A stretch of DNA of 64,000 nucleotides from the NCBI RefSeq assembly GCF_044324875.1, contig NZ_CP172185.1. One strand, written 5' to 3'. This DNA is from Escherichia coli. GTDB lineage: Bacteria > Pseudomonadota > Gammaproteobacteria > Enterobacterales > Enterobacteriaceae. Within the stretch, counting starts at the first letter, position 1. Every line of letters begins with the position of its first letter. Positions 12,220 to 23,071 of this stretch are shown here, one piece after another. The notes under the pieces are model-generated. The model was not told the origin of the DNA, searched no databases, and was given only the letters and a program-made list of their open reading frames with translations. The translations under genes and the position numbers were made by a program.

Positions 12220-12336
12220 CTTCGTGCTCTCCATTTAGCTGCCGATTGTGGTACGACCAGTCCGATCGCACCATTTTTCAGCCTAGTTGAGGCAGCCGAA
12301 TGTGCCAGTCAAAAAGTGCGCTTTTTTTGTGCGCTG

Positions 12337-13776
12337 TCAGGCGTTACCGGTAAAAAGTTTCCCGTCTCGCACCAGTTCACGCGGGTAGCTGTTTTTCAGT
12401 CGCGAACCAATTCGTTTGGCTAAACCAATCGGCTGATGCTGGAAAGTAACCAATACATCATCCGCTACTGGCGCGGCTTGCGGGTAAACATCGCGCCCGC
12501 GATACCACTCTTCCGCTTCCTGCGGTGTCAGTTCAAAAGCGTTCACATTGTCGGGGGAGGCAAGGGCAATAACCGCTTCATGCTGCCAGCGATAACCTTT
12601 GTTGTGCGTTTCGGCAAGTTTAATCCCCAGGCGAGAAAATCGGACTTTACCGATCAGGGCTTCAATGTCTACCGGAAACAACCACACTTCTTTGTCGCGC
12701 TGCCAGAGTCGCAGGTTTTCATCCCAGTTTAAGCCAACACCTGCAGCCGCCTGACGAATTTGTCCAGCTTCGCGATCTTTCACCGGGCTGAACGGGAAAT
12801 TGCCCACTTTGTATTTTGGAGCGGGTAAGGCGGGAATCGCCTGAGTTTTACGCAGACGAGCAACGAAGAAGCCTTCGCAGTCGTAAATTTGTGGGAAAAC
12901 ATGCAAAAAGCCTTCCTCGGTCAGCGCCTTGTTTGCACCAGGGAAGAGATCGCCAAGCGGTAAAAACTCTACTGCGTCGGGGTAAGTCTCTTTCAGCCAC
13001 CGGCAGACGGCTTCATTTTCTTCCTGGTTTAAGGTACAGGTCGAGTAAACCAGCGTACCGCCAGGGCGTAATGCATGAAAGGCGCTGTCGATCAGTTCCC
13101 GTTGGGTAGCTGCGATTTCCTGATTGCTTTCGGGTGACCAGTTTTTTAGCGCATCGGGATCTTTACGCACCACGCCTTCGCCGGAGCAGGGAGCGTCCAG
13201 CAAAATGGCATCGAACATTTCTGGCAATGCCGCACCAAACACGCGGCCATCAAAATGTGTGAGCGCAACATTACGGATACCACAGCGGCTGATATTGGCA
13301 TGTAACACTTTTACCCGACTGGCGGAAAACTCATTGGCAAGGATAGCCCCTTCGTTATTCATCCGCGCGGCAATTTGCGTCGTTTTGGAGCCTGGCGCAG
13401 CAGCGACATCCATCACCCGCTGTGGTGCATTACCGTCAGCAAACAAGGCGGCGACGGGCAACATTGAACTGGCTTCCTGAATATAAAACAGGCCACTTAA
13501 ATGCTCGGCGGTACTACCCAACGGCAATGCATCTTCATCGTCGCGTTCAATCCAGAAACCTTCTTCACACCACGGAATTGGCGTAAGCGTCCAGCCATAA
13601 GGAGCGGTTAATTGCAGGAAATCAGCAACGGAGATTTTCAGCGTATTAACGCGAATGCTGCGGCGCAACGGGCGCTGACAGGCGGCAAGAAAATCATCAA
13701 AAGAGAGCGTCGAAGGCATCGCTTCGCGCATTTGCGTCAGAAAGGCGTCCGGGAAATAAACGGTGTGTTGGGCCAC
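12337..13776 (-). CDS. rsmF: 16S rRNA m5C1407 methyltransferase
   Basis: 479 aa from a GTG start ([21 protein letters not shown]); SAM-dependent NOL1/NOP2/Sun-family sequence. Confidence 0.9.
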   Translation of the reverse strand: MAQHTVYFPDAFLTQMREAMPSTLSFDDFLAACQRPLRRSIRVNTLKISVADFLQLTAPYGWTLTPIPWCEEGFWIERDDEDALPLGSTAEHLSGLFYIQEASSMLPVAALFADGNAPQRVMDVAAAPGSKTTQIAARMNNEGAILANEFSASRVKVLHANISRCGIRNVALTHFDGRVFGAALPEMFDAILLDAPCSGEGVVRKDPDALKNWSPESNQEIAATQRELIDSAFHALRPGGTLVYSTCTLNQEENEAVCRWLKETYPDAVEFLPLGDLFPGANKALTEEGFLHVFPQIYDCEGFFVARLRKTQAIPALPAPKYKVGNFPFSPVKDREAGQIRQAAAGVGLNWDENLRLWQRDKEVWLFPVDIEALIGKVRFSRLGIKLAETHNKGYRWQHEAVIALASPDNVNAFELTPQEAEEWYRGRDVYPQAAPVADDVLVTFQHQPIGLAKRIGSRLKNSYPRELVRDGKLFTGNA

Positions 13777-13855
13777 GAGCATATACCACTGGCAAAAAAA
13801 CAGGCGCGCAGTTTAGCATAAACGCTCCGGCGCAGGCACGCCGGAGCAGTGGGCA

Positions 13856-16489
13856 TTATTTGGGAAGCGCAGTACCCCATTCACGCCACTCTTTCGGTTC
13901 ACTTTCCTGCAACAGGAAGTGCTTGCCTTCCTGGGCTTTCGGTGCCAGTGGCGTACCTGGAGGCGTGGCGAAGGCGATGCCGCCACGGATAAACTGGTTA
14001 AAGGTGCCGGTTTTCACGACGCCGCCCGTCAGACCAAAGTCCAGACTGTAACCCGATGCCAACCAGAAGACGGAATTGTTACGCACCAGGTGTTGATAGC
14101 GTTTACTGATGCGCATCGCAATCATCACGCGATCTGACAATGTCCCCAGCGTCATTCCGGTAACCGTACCGACTTCCAGACCACGGAACAGCACAGGCGT
14201 ACCGATGCCTAACGAACCGGCTTCCGGCGCTTCAACAATAATGCTTAAGCCATCCAGGTAACGCGAATCAGTTATGGTGGCCTCTTGTAATTCAAAGTCG
14301 CGGCGAGGATTGCCCCGGCCTGGTTCGACGTTGATATACGGCTGGAGGATAGTATCAAGATGCTCAACGCCAGCTGCCGAAATTTGCGGTGTGACCACTG
14401 AGAAGCGTGTACCACCGCGTGCAAAGGTCTGGACATATTCCGGGTAAAGTACCGCCTTTGCCTGTACTTCATTGCGCGCGGTAATCAGATCCAGCGTCTG
14501 GATTTGCCCGATATCAATACCGAGATAGCGAATTGGCATCCCGACCGCCAGTTTTCCGGCATCGAAAGCGTGAAGCGTAATTTGCCCTCCAACCGCACGG
14601 GCCGCTGTTTCGGAAGCATACAGAATACGCTTGTCGCCTTTACGCTGACTGGCGCTGGCACCGCTGAGGTTATCGAAGCTAATAGCCCCCTTTAATGCTC
14701 TGGAGAGCGGAGATGCCTGTACGGTTAGGCCGCTGCCATTCAGCTGAACTTTCGCCCCACCTTCTGCCCAGAACACGCTGTTGCTGGTCAGAAGGTTGCG
14801 ATACTCCGGCTTAATATGCAGATCGATATCAAACGCGTTAGCTCGCGGACGCACAGTAATAACTTCACCAACTTCAAATTTACGGTACAGCACTACCGAT
14901 CCTGCCTGCACATCCGGCAGCGTCTCTGCACTCAAACTCACGGTTGTGGTGGGTAAATCGCTAAGGCTGTTCTCCAGCGCTTTTTCCAGATTGGCATACA
15001 GTGGATAGCTGGCTTTCATCTCGCCTTTATCGCCTGGCAGAATACGTATCCCGCCGTTAATCCATTCTGAGGCGCTGGCACCGAGAAACTCAACGCCATC
15101 CAGCCCCACCTTCACGTCGACACGGCTGTTGACGACAAATTTGCTATCGCCTTTTACCAGTTCGCGATGCTGAGGCTCGATGGCGACGGTAAAGGTGACG
15201 CCTTTGCTGGTGAGTTTACGATCAATAACCTGGCCTACCTGCACGCCGTGAAGAATGAGCGGCTGACCAGCATCAATGCCGTAACTTTCCGGCGCGGTCA
15301 GGGTCAGCGTCAGAACATCCGGCTCATGGAGCAGGGCTTTTTCACCTGGCACAACAATAAACTCTTTACGTGGCTCGCCATCGCCGGGCACCAACTCAAA
15401 GGTTTTTCCGGTCAGCAGGGCACTGAGATTGGCATCGCTAAGGGATAATTTCGGGTTGCGTAATTCGATGCGGGTATTTTCACGAAGCAGGGTGACGACG
15501 CTGGGATCAACGGTCATTTCCCCAGTGACTTTACCACCAGGATTTAAATCCAGTTTAGTCAGCTGTCCGACTTCCAGCCCCTGATACATTAACGGCGTCG
15601 AGTCGGCGGTTAATCCGGCCCCACTCGGCAGTTCCAGTTTTATTATTACGCCACGCTGGCTGTGGGCGAGATCTTCATACAGACCAAAGGTATCTTCCGC
15701 CTCGGCAGGTTTCGACTCTTCAGGTGAATCGAAGGCAATCGCACCGTTAACCAGTGCCGCCAGACTTTCCAGTTTCACCTTCGCGCCACTGATACTGACG
15801 TTGGCATCAACGCCAGAAACGTTCCAGAAACGGCTACCTTTTTTCACCAGGTCGGTAAAACGCCGCTCGATCAGGACATCAATCACCACGCCTTGCTTGT
15901 TGGGATTGATGGCATAGTCGTAGACTTTTCCGACCGGGATCTTGCGGAAATAGACCAATGAACCGCTGTTCAGCGAACCGAGATCGGGGGCTTGCAGGTG
16001 GATCATCAGATCGCCGTTATCCAGCCGATACTTCGGTTGGGTATCGAGTGCGACAAAGTGATCCTGCTCCTTACCTTTACCTGGCATCATGCCGATATAG
16101 TTACCACCGACGAGGGCGTCCAGTCCGGAGACACCTGCCAACGAGGCCTTTGGCGTCACCAGCCAGAACTGTGTCTCTTCGCGCAGCGCATCTTTCATAT
16201 CGGACTTGATGCTGACCTTGACTTCAATCTTACGAAGATCGTCGCTCAGGCTGATATCCTGCACAGTTCCGACTTCAACGCCCTGATAACGAACAGGGGT
16301 GCGGCCCGGGACAATGCCATCCGCCGACATAAAGTCGATGGTGACGGTATTACCCCGGTCCTGATAACTATCCCAAATCAGCCAACCGGCAATCATTAGC
16401 GCGATGAACGGCAGCAGCCAGAAAGGTGAGATACGGCGTTTATTTTTAATCTGCGCTTCAGTCGTCGAAGCGGGCGTTTCCTGACTCAT
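13856..16489 (-). CDS. letB: Lipophilic envelope-spanning tunnel protein LetB (multi-MCE domain)
   Basis: 877 aa from [39 protein letters not shown]; single N-terminal TM segment followed by repeated MCE domains. Confidence 0.9.
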   Translation of the reverse strand: MSQETPASTTEAQIKNKRRISPFWLLPFIALMIAGWLIWDSYQDRGNTVTIDFMSADGIVPGRTPVRYQGVEVGTVQDISLSDDLRKIEVKVSIKSDMKDALREETQFWLVTPKASLAGVSGLDALVGGNYIGMMPGKGKEQDHFVALDTQPKYRLDNGDLMIHLQAPDLGSLNSGSLVYFRKIPVGKVYDYAINPNKQGVVIDVLIERRFTDLVKKGSRFWNVSGVDANVSISGAKVKLESLAALVNGAIAFDSPEESKPAEAEDTFGLYEDLAHSQRGVIIKLELPSGAGLTADSTPLMYQGLEVGQLTKLDLNPGGKVTGEMTVDPSVVTLLRENTRIELRNPKLSLSDANLSALLTGKTFELVPGDGEPRKEFIVVPGEKALLHEPDVLTLTLTAPESYGIDAGQPLILHGVQVGQVIDRKLTSKGVTFTVAIEPQHRELVKGDSKFVVNSRVDVKVGLDGVEFLGASASEWINGGIRILPGDKGEMKASYPLYANLEKALENSLSDLPTTTVSLSAETLPDVQAGSVVLYRKFEVGEVITVRPRANAFDIDLHIKPEYRNLLTSNSVFWAEGGAKVQLNGSGLTVQASPLSRALKGAISFDNLSGASASQRKGDKRILYASETAARAVGGQITLHAFDAGKLAVGMPIRYLGIDIGQIQTLDLITARNEVQAKAVLYPEYVQTFARGGTRFSVVTPQISAAGVEHLDTILQPYINVEPGRGNPRRDFELQEATITDSRYLDGLSIIVEAPEAGSLGIGTPVLFRGLEVGTVTGMTLGTLSDRVMIAMRISKRYQHLVRNNSVFWLASGYSLDFGLTGGVVKTGTFNQFIRGGIAFATPPGTPLAPKAQEGKHFLLQESEPKEWREWGTALPK

Positions 16490-17741
16490 GTGCATCCCAA
16501 AGTAAGCGGCTGTCCAGCCATTCCACAGCAAGAATAGTCAAAATTACCGCTGCGCCGAAATAAAACGCAGCCGGTCCCATAGTAAAAGCGAGGATCTGAT
16601 CGCGATTAATCAGCGACATGGTTAAAGATATGACAAACAGGTCGAGCATCGACCAGCGACCAATCCAGGTCACCATCCGCAGTAACAGAATGCGTGTGCG
16701 TAAACCTTGCTGGCATTTAAAATGAATACTCAACAGTAAAGTGAACATGACGATCACTTTAGTAAACGGTACCAGAATACTGGCGATAAACACGATTCCC
16801 GCAACGGCAATGTTGCTACTTGCCAGCGACATAATTCCGGAAAGAATTGTATCTTCCTGCCGGCCACCATTCAGATAAATGATAGAAATAGGCAACAGGT
16901 TGGCAGGTAACAATAAAACGATTGACGCTAACAGCGCCGCCCAGCATTTTTGCAGACTATGACGGCGACGCAGGCGTAGCGGGATATGGCAACGCGGGCA
17001 GCGACCACGCTGATCAGGATAGCCGGTAAAATGGCACCCAAGACAGACACGGAGTTTCTCGTCTCTACGCGTAGCGGGGCGCTGTGGATAAAATCGCTCC
17101 CACAGTTCTTCGACATTGAGATGTGACAACGTCACCGTCGTTAAAATCACTAACGCCACAAAAGAGAACAAGCCGACACCCGCCTGGATATGGGCATAAT
17201 CCTGTACCTTTATAGAAGCAACGCCAATGCCGACCAGGTAGATATCGAGCATTACCCACTCTTTCAGTCGCTCAAGCATCAGCAATACCGGACGTAAATT
17301 CATTCCCAGTCGGTTACCAAACCATAAATAAGCTATGGAGGTCACCAGAATGAGGGGGGCACCAATAACGCAAAAAAAGACCATTGATCCCGTTATCGCA
17401 TCGCCCTGTTTGGTCATTTGCCAGATGCCTTGCATGACGTTGGCGTCAATACGAATGCCTAACAGCCAGATATGCAACAGCGGTTCGCCCCAGGCAAACG
17501 GCATAAGCAACAGCATAGCGAACGCCATTGCCGCCAGGCGCGTCAGCGACCAGTCGCGCCCGTCACGAATTTTTGCCTGACAGCGCGGACAATAGGCACT
17601 TTGATGAGAATTTATCTCAGGCAGGCTAAACAGCATGTCACATTGCGGGCAACGTTGGTAATCACCACGCGGCAGTTCCTCGCCCATTGCCCTCACTGTT
17701 ATCTTTTTTGTCGGCGTAATTTGTGGTGTGTTAAGAGCCAT
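16458..17741 (-). CDS. letA: PqiA-family inner membrane protein LetA
   Basis: 427 aa polytopic membrane protein with Cys-rich zinc-ribbon-like segments ([10 protein letters not shown]...[14 protein letters not shown]...CPRCHIPL); 3' end overlaps the letB start by 32 bp. Confidence 0.9.
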   Translation of the reverse strand: MALNTPQITPTKKITVRAMGEELPRGDYQRCPQCDMLFSLPEINSHQSAYCPRCQAKIRDGRDWSLTRLAAMAFAMLLLMPFAWGEPLLHIWLLGIRIDANVMQGIWQMTKQGDAITGSMVFFCVIGAPLILVTSIAYLWFGNRLGMNLRPVLLMLERLKEWVMLDIYLVGIGVASIKVQDYAHIQAGVGLFSFVALVILTTVTLSHLNVEELWERFYPQRPATRRDEKLRVCLGCHFTGYPDQRGRCPRCHIPLRLRRRHSLQKCWAALLASIVLLLPANLLPISIIYLNGGRQEDTILSGIMSLASSNIAVAGIVFIASILVPFTKVIVMFTLLLSIHFKCQQGLRTRILLLRMVTWIGRWSMLDLFVISLTMSLINRDQILAFTMGPAAFYFGAAVILTILAVEWLDSRLLWDAHESGNARFDD

Positions 17742-17870
17742 GACGTGCCAAATGTAATAAGAATTAACATTAATCTTAACCCATGATGGGAATGATCTTG
17801 AGCATTAACGCATTTAATGCTTATTTTAATAGGCTGGCAGTTCCAGGTAAGACAACCAAGTGATTATATA

Positions 17871-18368
17871 ATGAACAAAACAGAATTTTACGCGGATTTA
17901 AATCGCGACTTTAACGCGCTGATGGCAGGAGAAACCAGTTTTCTGGCAACGCTTGCTAACACCAGTGCGTTGTTATATGAGCGTCTCAGTGACGTTAACT
18001 GGGCAGGTTTTTATTTGCTTGAGGACGATACACTGGTGCTCGGACCATTTCAGGGCAAAATTGCCTGTGTCCGGATACCCGTCGGGCGCGGCGTGTGCGG
18101 CACTGCGGTTGCCCGCAATCAAGTGCAGCGTATCGAGGATGTTCATGCGTTTGACGGGCATATTGCCTGTGATGCGGCGAGTAATTCTGAAATTGTTCTG
18201 CCGCTGGTGGTGAAAAATCAGATTATTGGTGTTCTCGACATCGACAGTACCGTCTTCGGTCGCTTTACAGACGAGGACGAGCAAGGCTTACGTCAGCTTG
18301 TGGCACAGCTTGAAAAGGTGCTTGCAACGACGGATTACAAAAAATTCTTTGCGAGCGTCGCAGGATAA
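17871..18368 (+). CDS. msrC: Free methionine-(R)-sulfoxide reductase (GAF domain)
   Basis: 165 aa from MNKTEFYADLNRDFNALMAG; the ORF track starts 18 codons upstream. Confidence 0.85.
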   Translation: MNKTEFYADLNRDFNALMAGETSFLATLANTSALLYERLSDVNWAGFYLLEDDTLVLGPFQGKIACVRIPVGRGVCGTAVARNQVQRIEDVHAFDGHIACDAASNSEIVLPLVVKNQIIGVLDIDSTVFGRFTDEDEQGLRQLVAQLEKVLATTDYKKFFASVAG

Positions 18369-18464
18369 TCAACGGATAACGTAGCATTTACTGATAGCGT
18401 CATTATAATGACGCCTGTTCATGCCTGCGCTTGTTGGCTACGTCCGTTGTAATCAGGAAATTTC

Positions 18465-19163
18465 ATGGAAAATCAACCTAAGTTGAATAGCAGTAAAGAA
18501 GTAATCGCGTTTCTGGCCGAACGTTTTCCCCACTGTTTCAGTGCGGAAGGTGAAGCGCGTCCGCTGAAAATCGGTATTTTTCAGGATTTGGTCGATCGTG
18601 TTGCCGGGGAAATGAACCTGAGCAAAACGCAATTGCGATCCGCTTTACGTCTCTACACTTCTAGCTGGCGTTATCTTTACGGTGTTAAACCCGGCGCAAC
18701 GCGTGTCGATCTTGATGGCAACCCATGCGGTGAGCTGGACGAGCAACATGTAGAGCATGCTCGCAAGCAGCTTGAAGAAGCGAAAGCGCGTGTTCAGGCA
18801 CAGCGTGCTGAACAGCAAGCGAAAAAACGCGAAGCTGCCGCAGCTGCTGGTGAGAAAGAAGACGCACCGCGCCGTGAACGCAAGCCACGTCCGACCACGC
18901 CACGCCGCAAAGAAGGCGCAGAGCGTAAACCACGTGCGCAAAAGCCGGTAGAGAAAGCGCCAAAAACAGTAAAAGCACCTCGCGAAGAACAGCACACCCC
19001 GGTTTCTGACATTTCAGCTCTGACTGTCGGACAAGCCCTGAAGGTGAAAGCGGGTCAAAACGCGATGGATGCCACCGTATTAGAAATCACCAAAGACGGC
19101 GTCCGCGTCCAGCTGAATTCGGGTATGTCTTTGATTGTGCGCGCAGAACACCTGGTGTTCTGA
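18465..19163 (+). CDS. proQ: RNA chaperone ProQ
   Basis: 232 aa; FinO-like N-domain and Lys/Arg/Ala-rich linker. Confidence 0.92.
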
Positions 19164-19182
19164 AACGGAGGCCGGGCCAGGC

Positions 19183-21231
19183 ATGAACATGTTTTTTAGG
19201 CTTACCGCGTTAGCTGGCCTGCTTGCAATAGCAGGCCAGACCTTCGCTGTAGAAGATATCACGCGTGCTGATCAAATTCCGGTATTAAAGGAAGAGACGC
19301 AGCATGCGACGGTGAGTGAGCGCGTAACGTCGCGCTTCACCCGTTCTCATTATCGCCAGTTCGACCTCGATCAGGCATTTTCGGCCAAAATCTTTGACCG
19401 CTACCTGAATCTGCTCGATTACAGCCACAACGTGCTGCTGGCAAGCGATGTTGAACAGTTCGCGAAAAAGAAAACCGAGTTAGGCGATGAACTGCGTTCA
19501 GGAAAACTCGACGTTTTCTACGATCTCTACAATTTGGCGCAAAAGCGCCGTTTTGAGCGTTACCAGTACGCTTTGTCGGTACTGGAAAAGCCGATGGATT
19601 TTACCGGCAACGACACTTATAACCTTGACCGCAGCAAAGCGCCATGGCCGAAAAACGAGGCTGAGTTGAACGCGCTGTGGGACAGTAAAGTCAAATTCGA
19701 CGAGTTAAGCCTGAAGCTGACAGGAAAAACGGATAAAGAAATTCGTGAAACCCTGACTCGCCGCTACAAATTTGCCATTCGTCGTCTGGCGCAAACCAAC
19801 AGCGAAGATGTTTTCTCGCTGGCAATGACGGCGTTTGCACGTGAAATCGACCCGCATACCAACTATCTTTCCCCGCGTAATACCGAACAGTTCAACACTG
19901 AAATGAGTTTGTCGCTGGAAGGTATTGGCGCAGTGCTGCAAATGGATGATGACTACACCGTTATCAATTCGATGGTGGCAGGTGGCCCGGCAGCGAAGAG
20001 TAAAGCTATCAGCGTTGGTGACAAAATTGTCGGTGTTGGTCAAACAGGCAAGCCGATGGTTGACGTGATTGGCTGGCGTCTTGATGATGTGGTTGCCTTA
20101 ATTAAAGGGCCGAAGGGCAGTAAAGTTCGTCTGGAAATTTTACCTGCTGGTAAAGGGACCAAGACCCGTACTGTAACGTTGACCCGTGAACGTATTCGCC
20201 TCGAAGACCGCGCGGTTAAAATGTCGGTGAAGACCGTCGGTAAAGAAAAAGTCGGCGTGCTGGATATTCCGGGCTTCTATGTGGGTTTGACAGACGATGT
20301 CAAAGTGCAGTTGCAGAAACTGGAAAAACAGAATGTCAGCAGTGTCATCATCGACCTGCGTAGCAATGGCGGTGGGGCGTTGACCGAAGCGGTATCGCTC
20401 TCAGGTCTGTTCATTCCATCTGGTCCGATTGTTCAGGTCCGTGATAACAACGGTAAAGTTCGTGAAGACAGCGATACCGACGGGCAGGTTTTCTATAAAG
20501 GCCCGCTGGTGGTGCTGGTTGACCGCTTCAGTGCTTCGGCTTCAGAAATCTTTGCTGCTGCCATGCAGGATTACGGTCGTGCGCTGGTTGTGGGTGAACC
20601 GACGTTTGGTAAAGGCACCGTTCAGCAATACCGTTCATTGAACCGTATTTACGATCAGATGTTACGTCCTGAATGGCCAGCGCTGGGTTCTGTGCAGTAC
20701 ACGATCCAGAAATTCTATCGCGTTAACGGCGGCAGTACGCAACGTAAAGGCGTAACGCCAGACATCATCATGCCGACGGGTAATGAAGAAACGGAAACCG
20801 GTGAGAAATTCGAAGATAACGCGCTGCCGTGGGATAGCATCGATGCCGCGACCTATGTGAAATCGGGAGATTTGACGGCCTTTGGACTGGAGCTGCTGAA
20901 GGAACATAATGCGCGTATCGCGAAAGATCCTGAGTTCCAGAACATCATGAAGGATATCGCGCGCTTCAACGCTATGAAGGACAAGCGCAATATCGTTTCT
21001 CTGAATTACGCTGTGCGTGAGAAAGAGAATAATGAAGATGATGCGACGCGTCTGGCGCGTTTGAACGAACGCTTTAAACGCGAAGGTAAACCGGAGTTGA
21101 AGAAACTGGATGATCTACCGAAAGATTACCAGGAGCCGGATCCTTATCTGGATGAGACGGTGAATATCGCACTCGATCTGGCGAAGCTTGAAAAAGCCAG
21201 ACCCGCGGAACAACCCGCTCCCGTCAAGTAA
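19183..21231 (+). CDS. prc: Tail-specific (C-terminal processing) protease
   Basis: 682 aa from MNMFFRLTALAGLLAIAGQTFA; the ORF track starts at an upstream TTG. Confidence 0.92.
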   Translation: MNMFFRLTALAGLLAIAGQTFAVEDITRADQIPVLKEETQHATVSERVTSRFTRSHYRQFDLDQAFSAKIFDRYLNLLDYSHNVLLASDVEQFAKKKTELGDELRSGKLDVFYDLYNLAQKRRFERYQYALSVLEKPMDFTGNDTYNLDRSKAPWPKNEAELNALWDSKVKFDELSLKLTGKTDKEIRETLTRRYKFAIRRLAQTNSEDVFSLAMTAFAREIDPHTNYLSPRNTEQFNTEMSLSLEGIGAVLQMDDDYTVINSMVAGGPAAKSKAISVGDKIVGVGQTGKPMVDVIGWRLDDVVALIKGPKGSKVRLEILPAGKGTKTRTVTLTRERIRLEDRAVKMSVKTVGKEKVGVLDIPGFYVGLTDDVKVQLQKLEKQNVSSVIIDLRSNGGGALTEAVSLSGLFIPSGPIVQVRDNNGKVREDSDTDGQVFYKGPLVVLVDRFSASASEIFAAAMQDYGRALVVGEPTFGKGTVQQYRSLNRIYDQMLRPEWPALGSVQYTIQKFYRVNGGSTQRKGVTPDIIMPTGNEETETGEKFEDNALPWDSIDAATYVKSGDLTAFGLELLKEHNARIAKDPEFQNIMKDIARFNAMKDKRNIVSLNYAVREKENNEDDATRLARLNERFKREGKPELKKLDDLPKDYQEPDPYLDETVNIALDLAKLEKARPAEQPAPVK

Positions 21232-21236
21232 TATCA

Positions 21237-21267
21237 ATCAGGCACAAGAAATTGTGCCTGATTTTTT
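21237..21267 (+). terminator. Intrinsic terminator after prc
   Basis: atcaggcacaa-gaa-attgtgcctgat followed by ttttt. Confidence 0.5.
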
Positions 21268-21345
21268 AACAGCGGCAAGATGCCGTAAATCAGATGCTAC
21301 AAAATGTAAAGTTGTGTCTTTCTGGTGACTTACGCACTATCCAGA

Positions 21346-21372
21346 CTTGAAAATAGTCGCGTAACCCATACG
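21346..21372 (+). promoter_or_regulatory. Candidate sigma-32 heat-shock promoter of htpX
   Basis: CTTGAAA, a 12-13 bp spacer, then CCCATACGA; resembles the sigma-32 -35 CTTGAAA and -10 CCCCATnT consensus. Confidence 0.45.
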
Positions 21373-21422
21373 ATGTGGGTATCGCATATTGCGTTTTGTT
21401 AAACTGAGGTAAAAAGAAAATT

Positions 21423-22304
21423 ATGATGCGAATCGCGCTCTTCCTGCTAACGAACCTGGCCGTAATGGTCGTTTTCGGGCTGGTACTGAGCCTGACAGGG
21501 ATACAGTCGAGCAGCGTTCAGGGGCTGATGATCATGGCCTTGCTGTTCGGTTTTGGTGGTTCCTTCGTTTCGCTTCTGATGTCCAAATGGATGGCATTAC
21601 GATCTGTTGGCGGGGAAGTGATCGAGCAACCGCGTAACGAAAGGGAACGTTGGCTGGTCAATACTGTAGCAACCCAGGCTCGTCAGGCGGGGATCGCTAT
21701 GCCGCAAGTGGCTATCTACCATGCGCCGGACATCAACGCTTTTGCAACCGGTGCGCGCCGTGATGCCTCTCTGGTTGCTGTCAGCACCGGTTTGCTGCAG
21801 AACATGAGCCCGGATGAAGCCGAGGCGGTAATTGCTCACGAAATCAGCCACATCGCCAATGGTGATATGGTCACCATGACGCTGATTCAGGGCGTGGTGA
21901 ACACCTTCGTTATCTTTATTTCCCGTATTCTGGCGCAGCTTGCCGCGGGTTTTATGGGCGGAAATCGTGATGAAGGTGAAGAGAGCAACGGCAACCCGCT
22001 GATCTACTTTGCGGTTGCAACGGTTCTGGAACTGGTGTTTGGTATTCTGGCGAGCATTATCACCATGTGGTTCTCGCGTCATCGTGAATTCCACGCCGAT
22101 GCGGGTTCAGCAAAACTGGTTGGTCGCGAGAAAATGATTGCTGCATTGCAGCGCCTGAAAACCAGCTATGAACCGCAAGAAGCAACCAGCATGATGGCTT
22201 TCTGCATTAACGGTAAGTCGAAATCGCTCAGTGAGTTGTTCATGACTCACCCGCCGCTGGATAAACGTATTGAAGCTCTGCGTACGGGTGAATACCTGAA
22301 GTAA
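21423..22304 (+). CDS. htpX: Membrane zinc metalloprotease HtpX
   Basis: 293 aa; HEISH zinc-binding motif. Confidence 0.93.
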
Positions 22305-22317
22305 TATGAAGTAAATA

Positions 22318-22352
22318 CTAAAAAGCGCGTCCTGATCGACGCGCTTTTTTTG
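22318..22352 (+). terminator. Intrinsic terminator after htpX
   Basis: aaaaagcgcgtc-ctgat-cgacgcgc followed by ttttttt. Confidence 0.55.
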
Positions 22353-23068
22353 TGCACAGAAAACCCCCAGCTAGGCTGGGGGTTCCGGAAAGCTTTCAGC
22401 TTTGAGCCAGTTATTAAAACCCCTTTTGATTTGTTAAAACACCTTGCGGTCTGGCAACTGCAAGTGTCAAACAAGTGTCAAACAAGAAATCAAAAGGGGG
22501 TCCCAATGGGGAACGAAAAGAGCTTAGCGCACACCCGATGGAACTGTAAATATCACATAGTATTTGCGCCAAAATACCGAAGACAGGTGTTCTACAGAGA
22601 GAAGCGTAGAGCAATAGGCTGTATTTTGAGAAAGCTGTGTGAGTGGAAAAGTGTACGGATTCTGGAAGCTGAATGCTGTGCAGATCATATCCATATGCTT
22701 GTGGAGATCCCGCCCAAAATGAGCGTATCAGGCTTTATGGGATATCTGAAAGGGAAAAGCAGTCTGATGCTTTACGAGCAGTTTGGTGATTTGAAATTCA
22801 AATACAGGAACAGGGAGTTCTGGTGCAGAGGGTATTACGTCGATACGGTGGGTAAGAACACGGCGAAGATACAGGATTACATAAAGCACCAGCTTGAAGA
22901 GGATAAAATGGGAGAGCAGTTATCGATTCCCTATCCGGGCAGCCCGTTTACGGGCCGTAAGTAACGAAGTTGGATGCAAATGTCAGATCGTGTGCGCCTG
23001 TTAGGGCGCGGCTGGTAAGAGAGCCTTATAGGCGCATTTGAAAAACCTCCGGCTATGCCGGAGGATAT
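22353..23068 (+). mobile_element. IS200-like insertion sequence (about 0.7 kb; boundaries approximate)
   Basis: Contains an IS200-type tnpA; 5' region has a perfect hairpin (cccccagc-tagg-gctggggg, 22364-22382) and a long stem pairing ccccttttgatttgtt with aacaagaaatcaaaaggggg that would sequester the RBS; inserted between the htpX terminator and the yebQ stop. Confidence 0.6.
22506..22964 (+). CDS. tnpA: IS200 TnpA (HUH Y1 transposase)
   Basis: 152 aa from MGNEKSLAHTRWNCKYHIVFAPKYRRQVFY; HUH motif DHIHMLVEIPPK; near-identical to Salmonella IS200 TnpA as I recall it. Confidence 0.88.
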   Translation: MGNEKSLAHTRWNCKYHIVFAPKYRRQVFYREKRRAIGCILRKLCEWKSVRILEAECCADHIHMLVEIPPKMSVSGFMGYLKGKSSLMLYEQFGDLKFKYRNREFWCRGYYVDTVGKNTAKIQDYIKHQLEEDKMGEQLSIPYPGSPFTGRK

Positions 23069-23071
23069 TTA

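Noticed and set aside
12300-12336. Possible terminator hairpin between yebV and rsmF
   Set aside because: The GTGCGC motifs flanking the T-run are direct repeats, not inverted, so no stable stem forms.
18645-19012. Cluster of minus-strand ORFs (72-116 aa)
   Set aside because: Antisense to the Lys/Arg/Ala-rich linker of proQ; low-complexity shadow frames.
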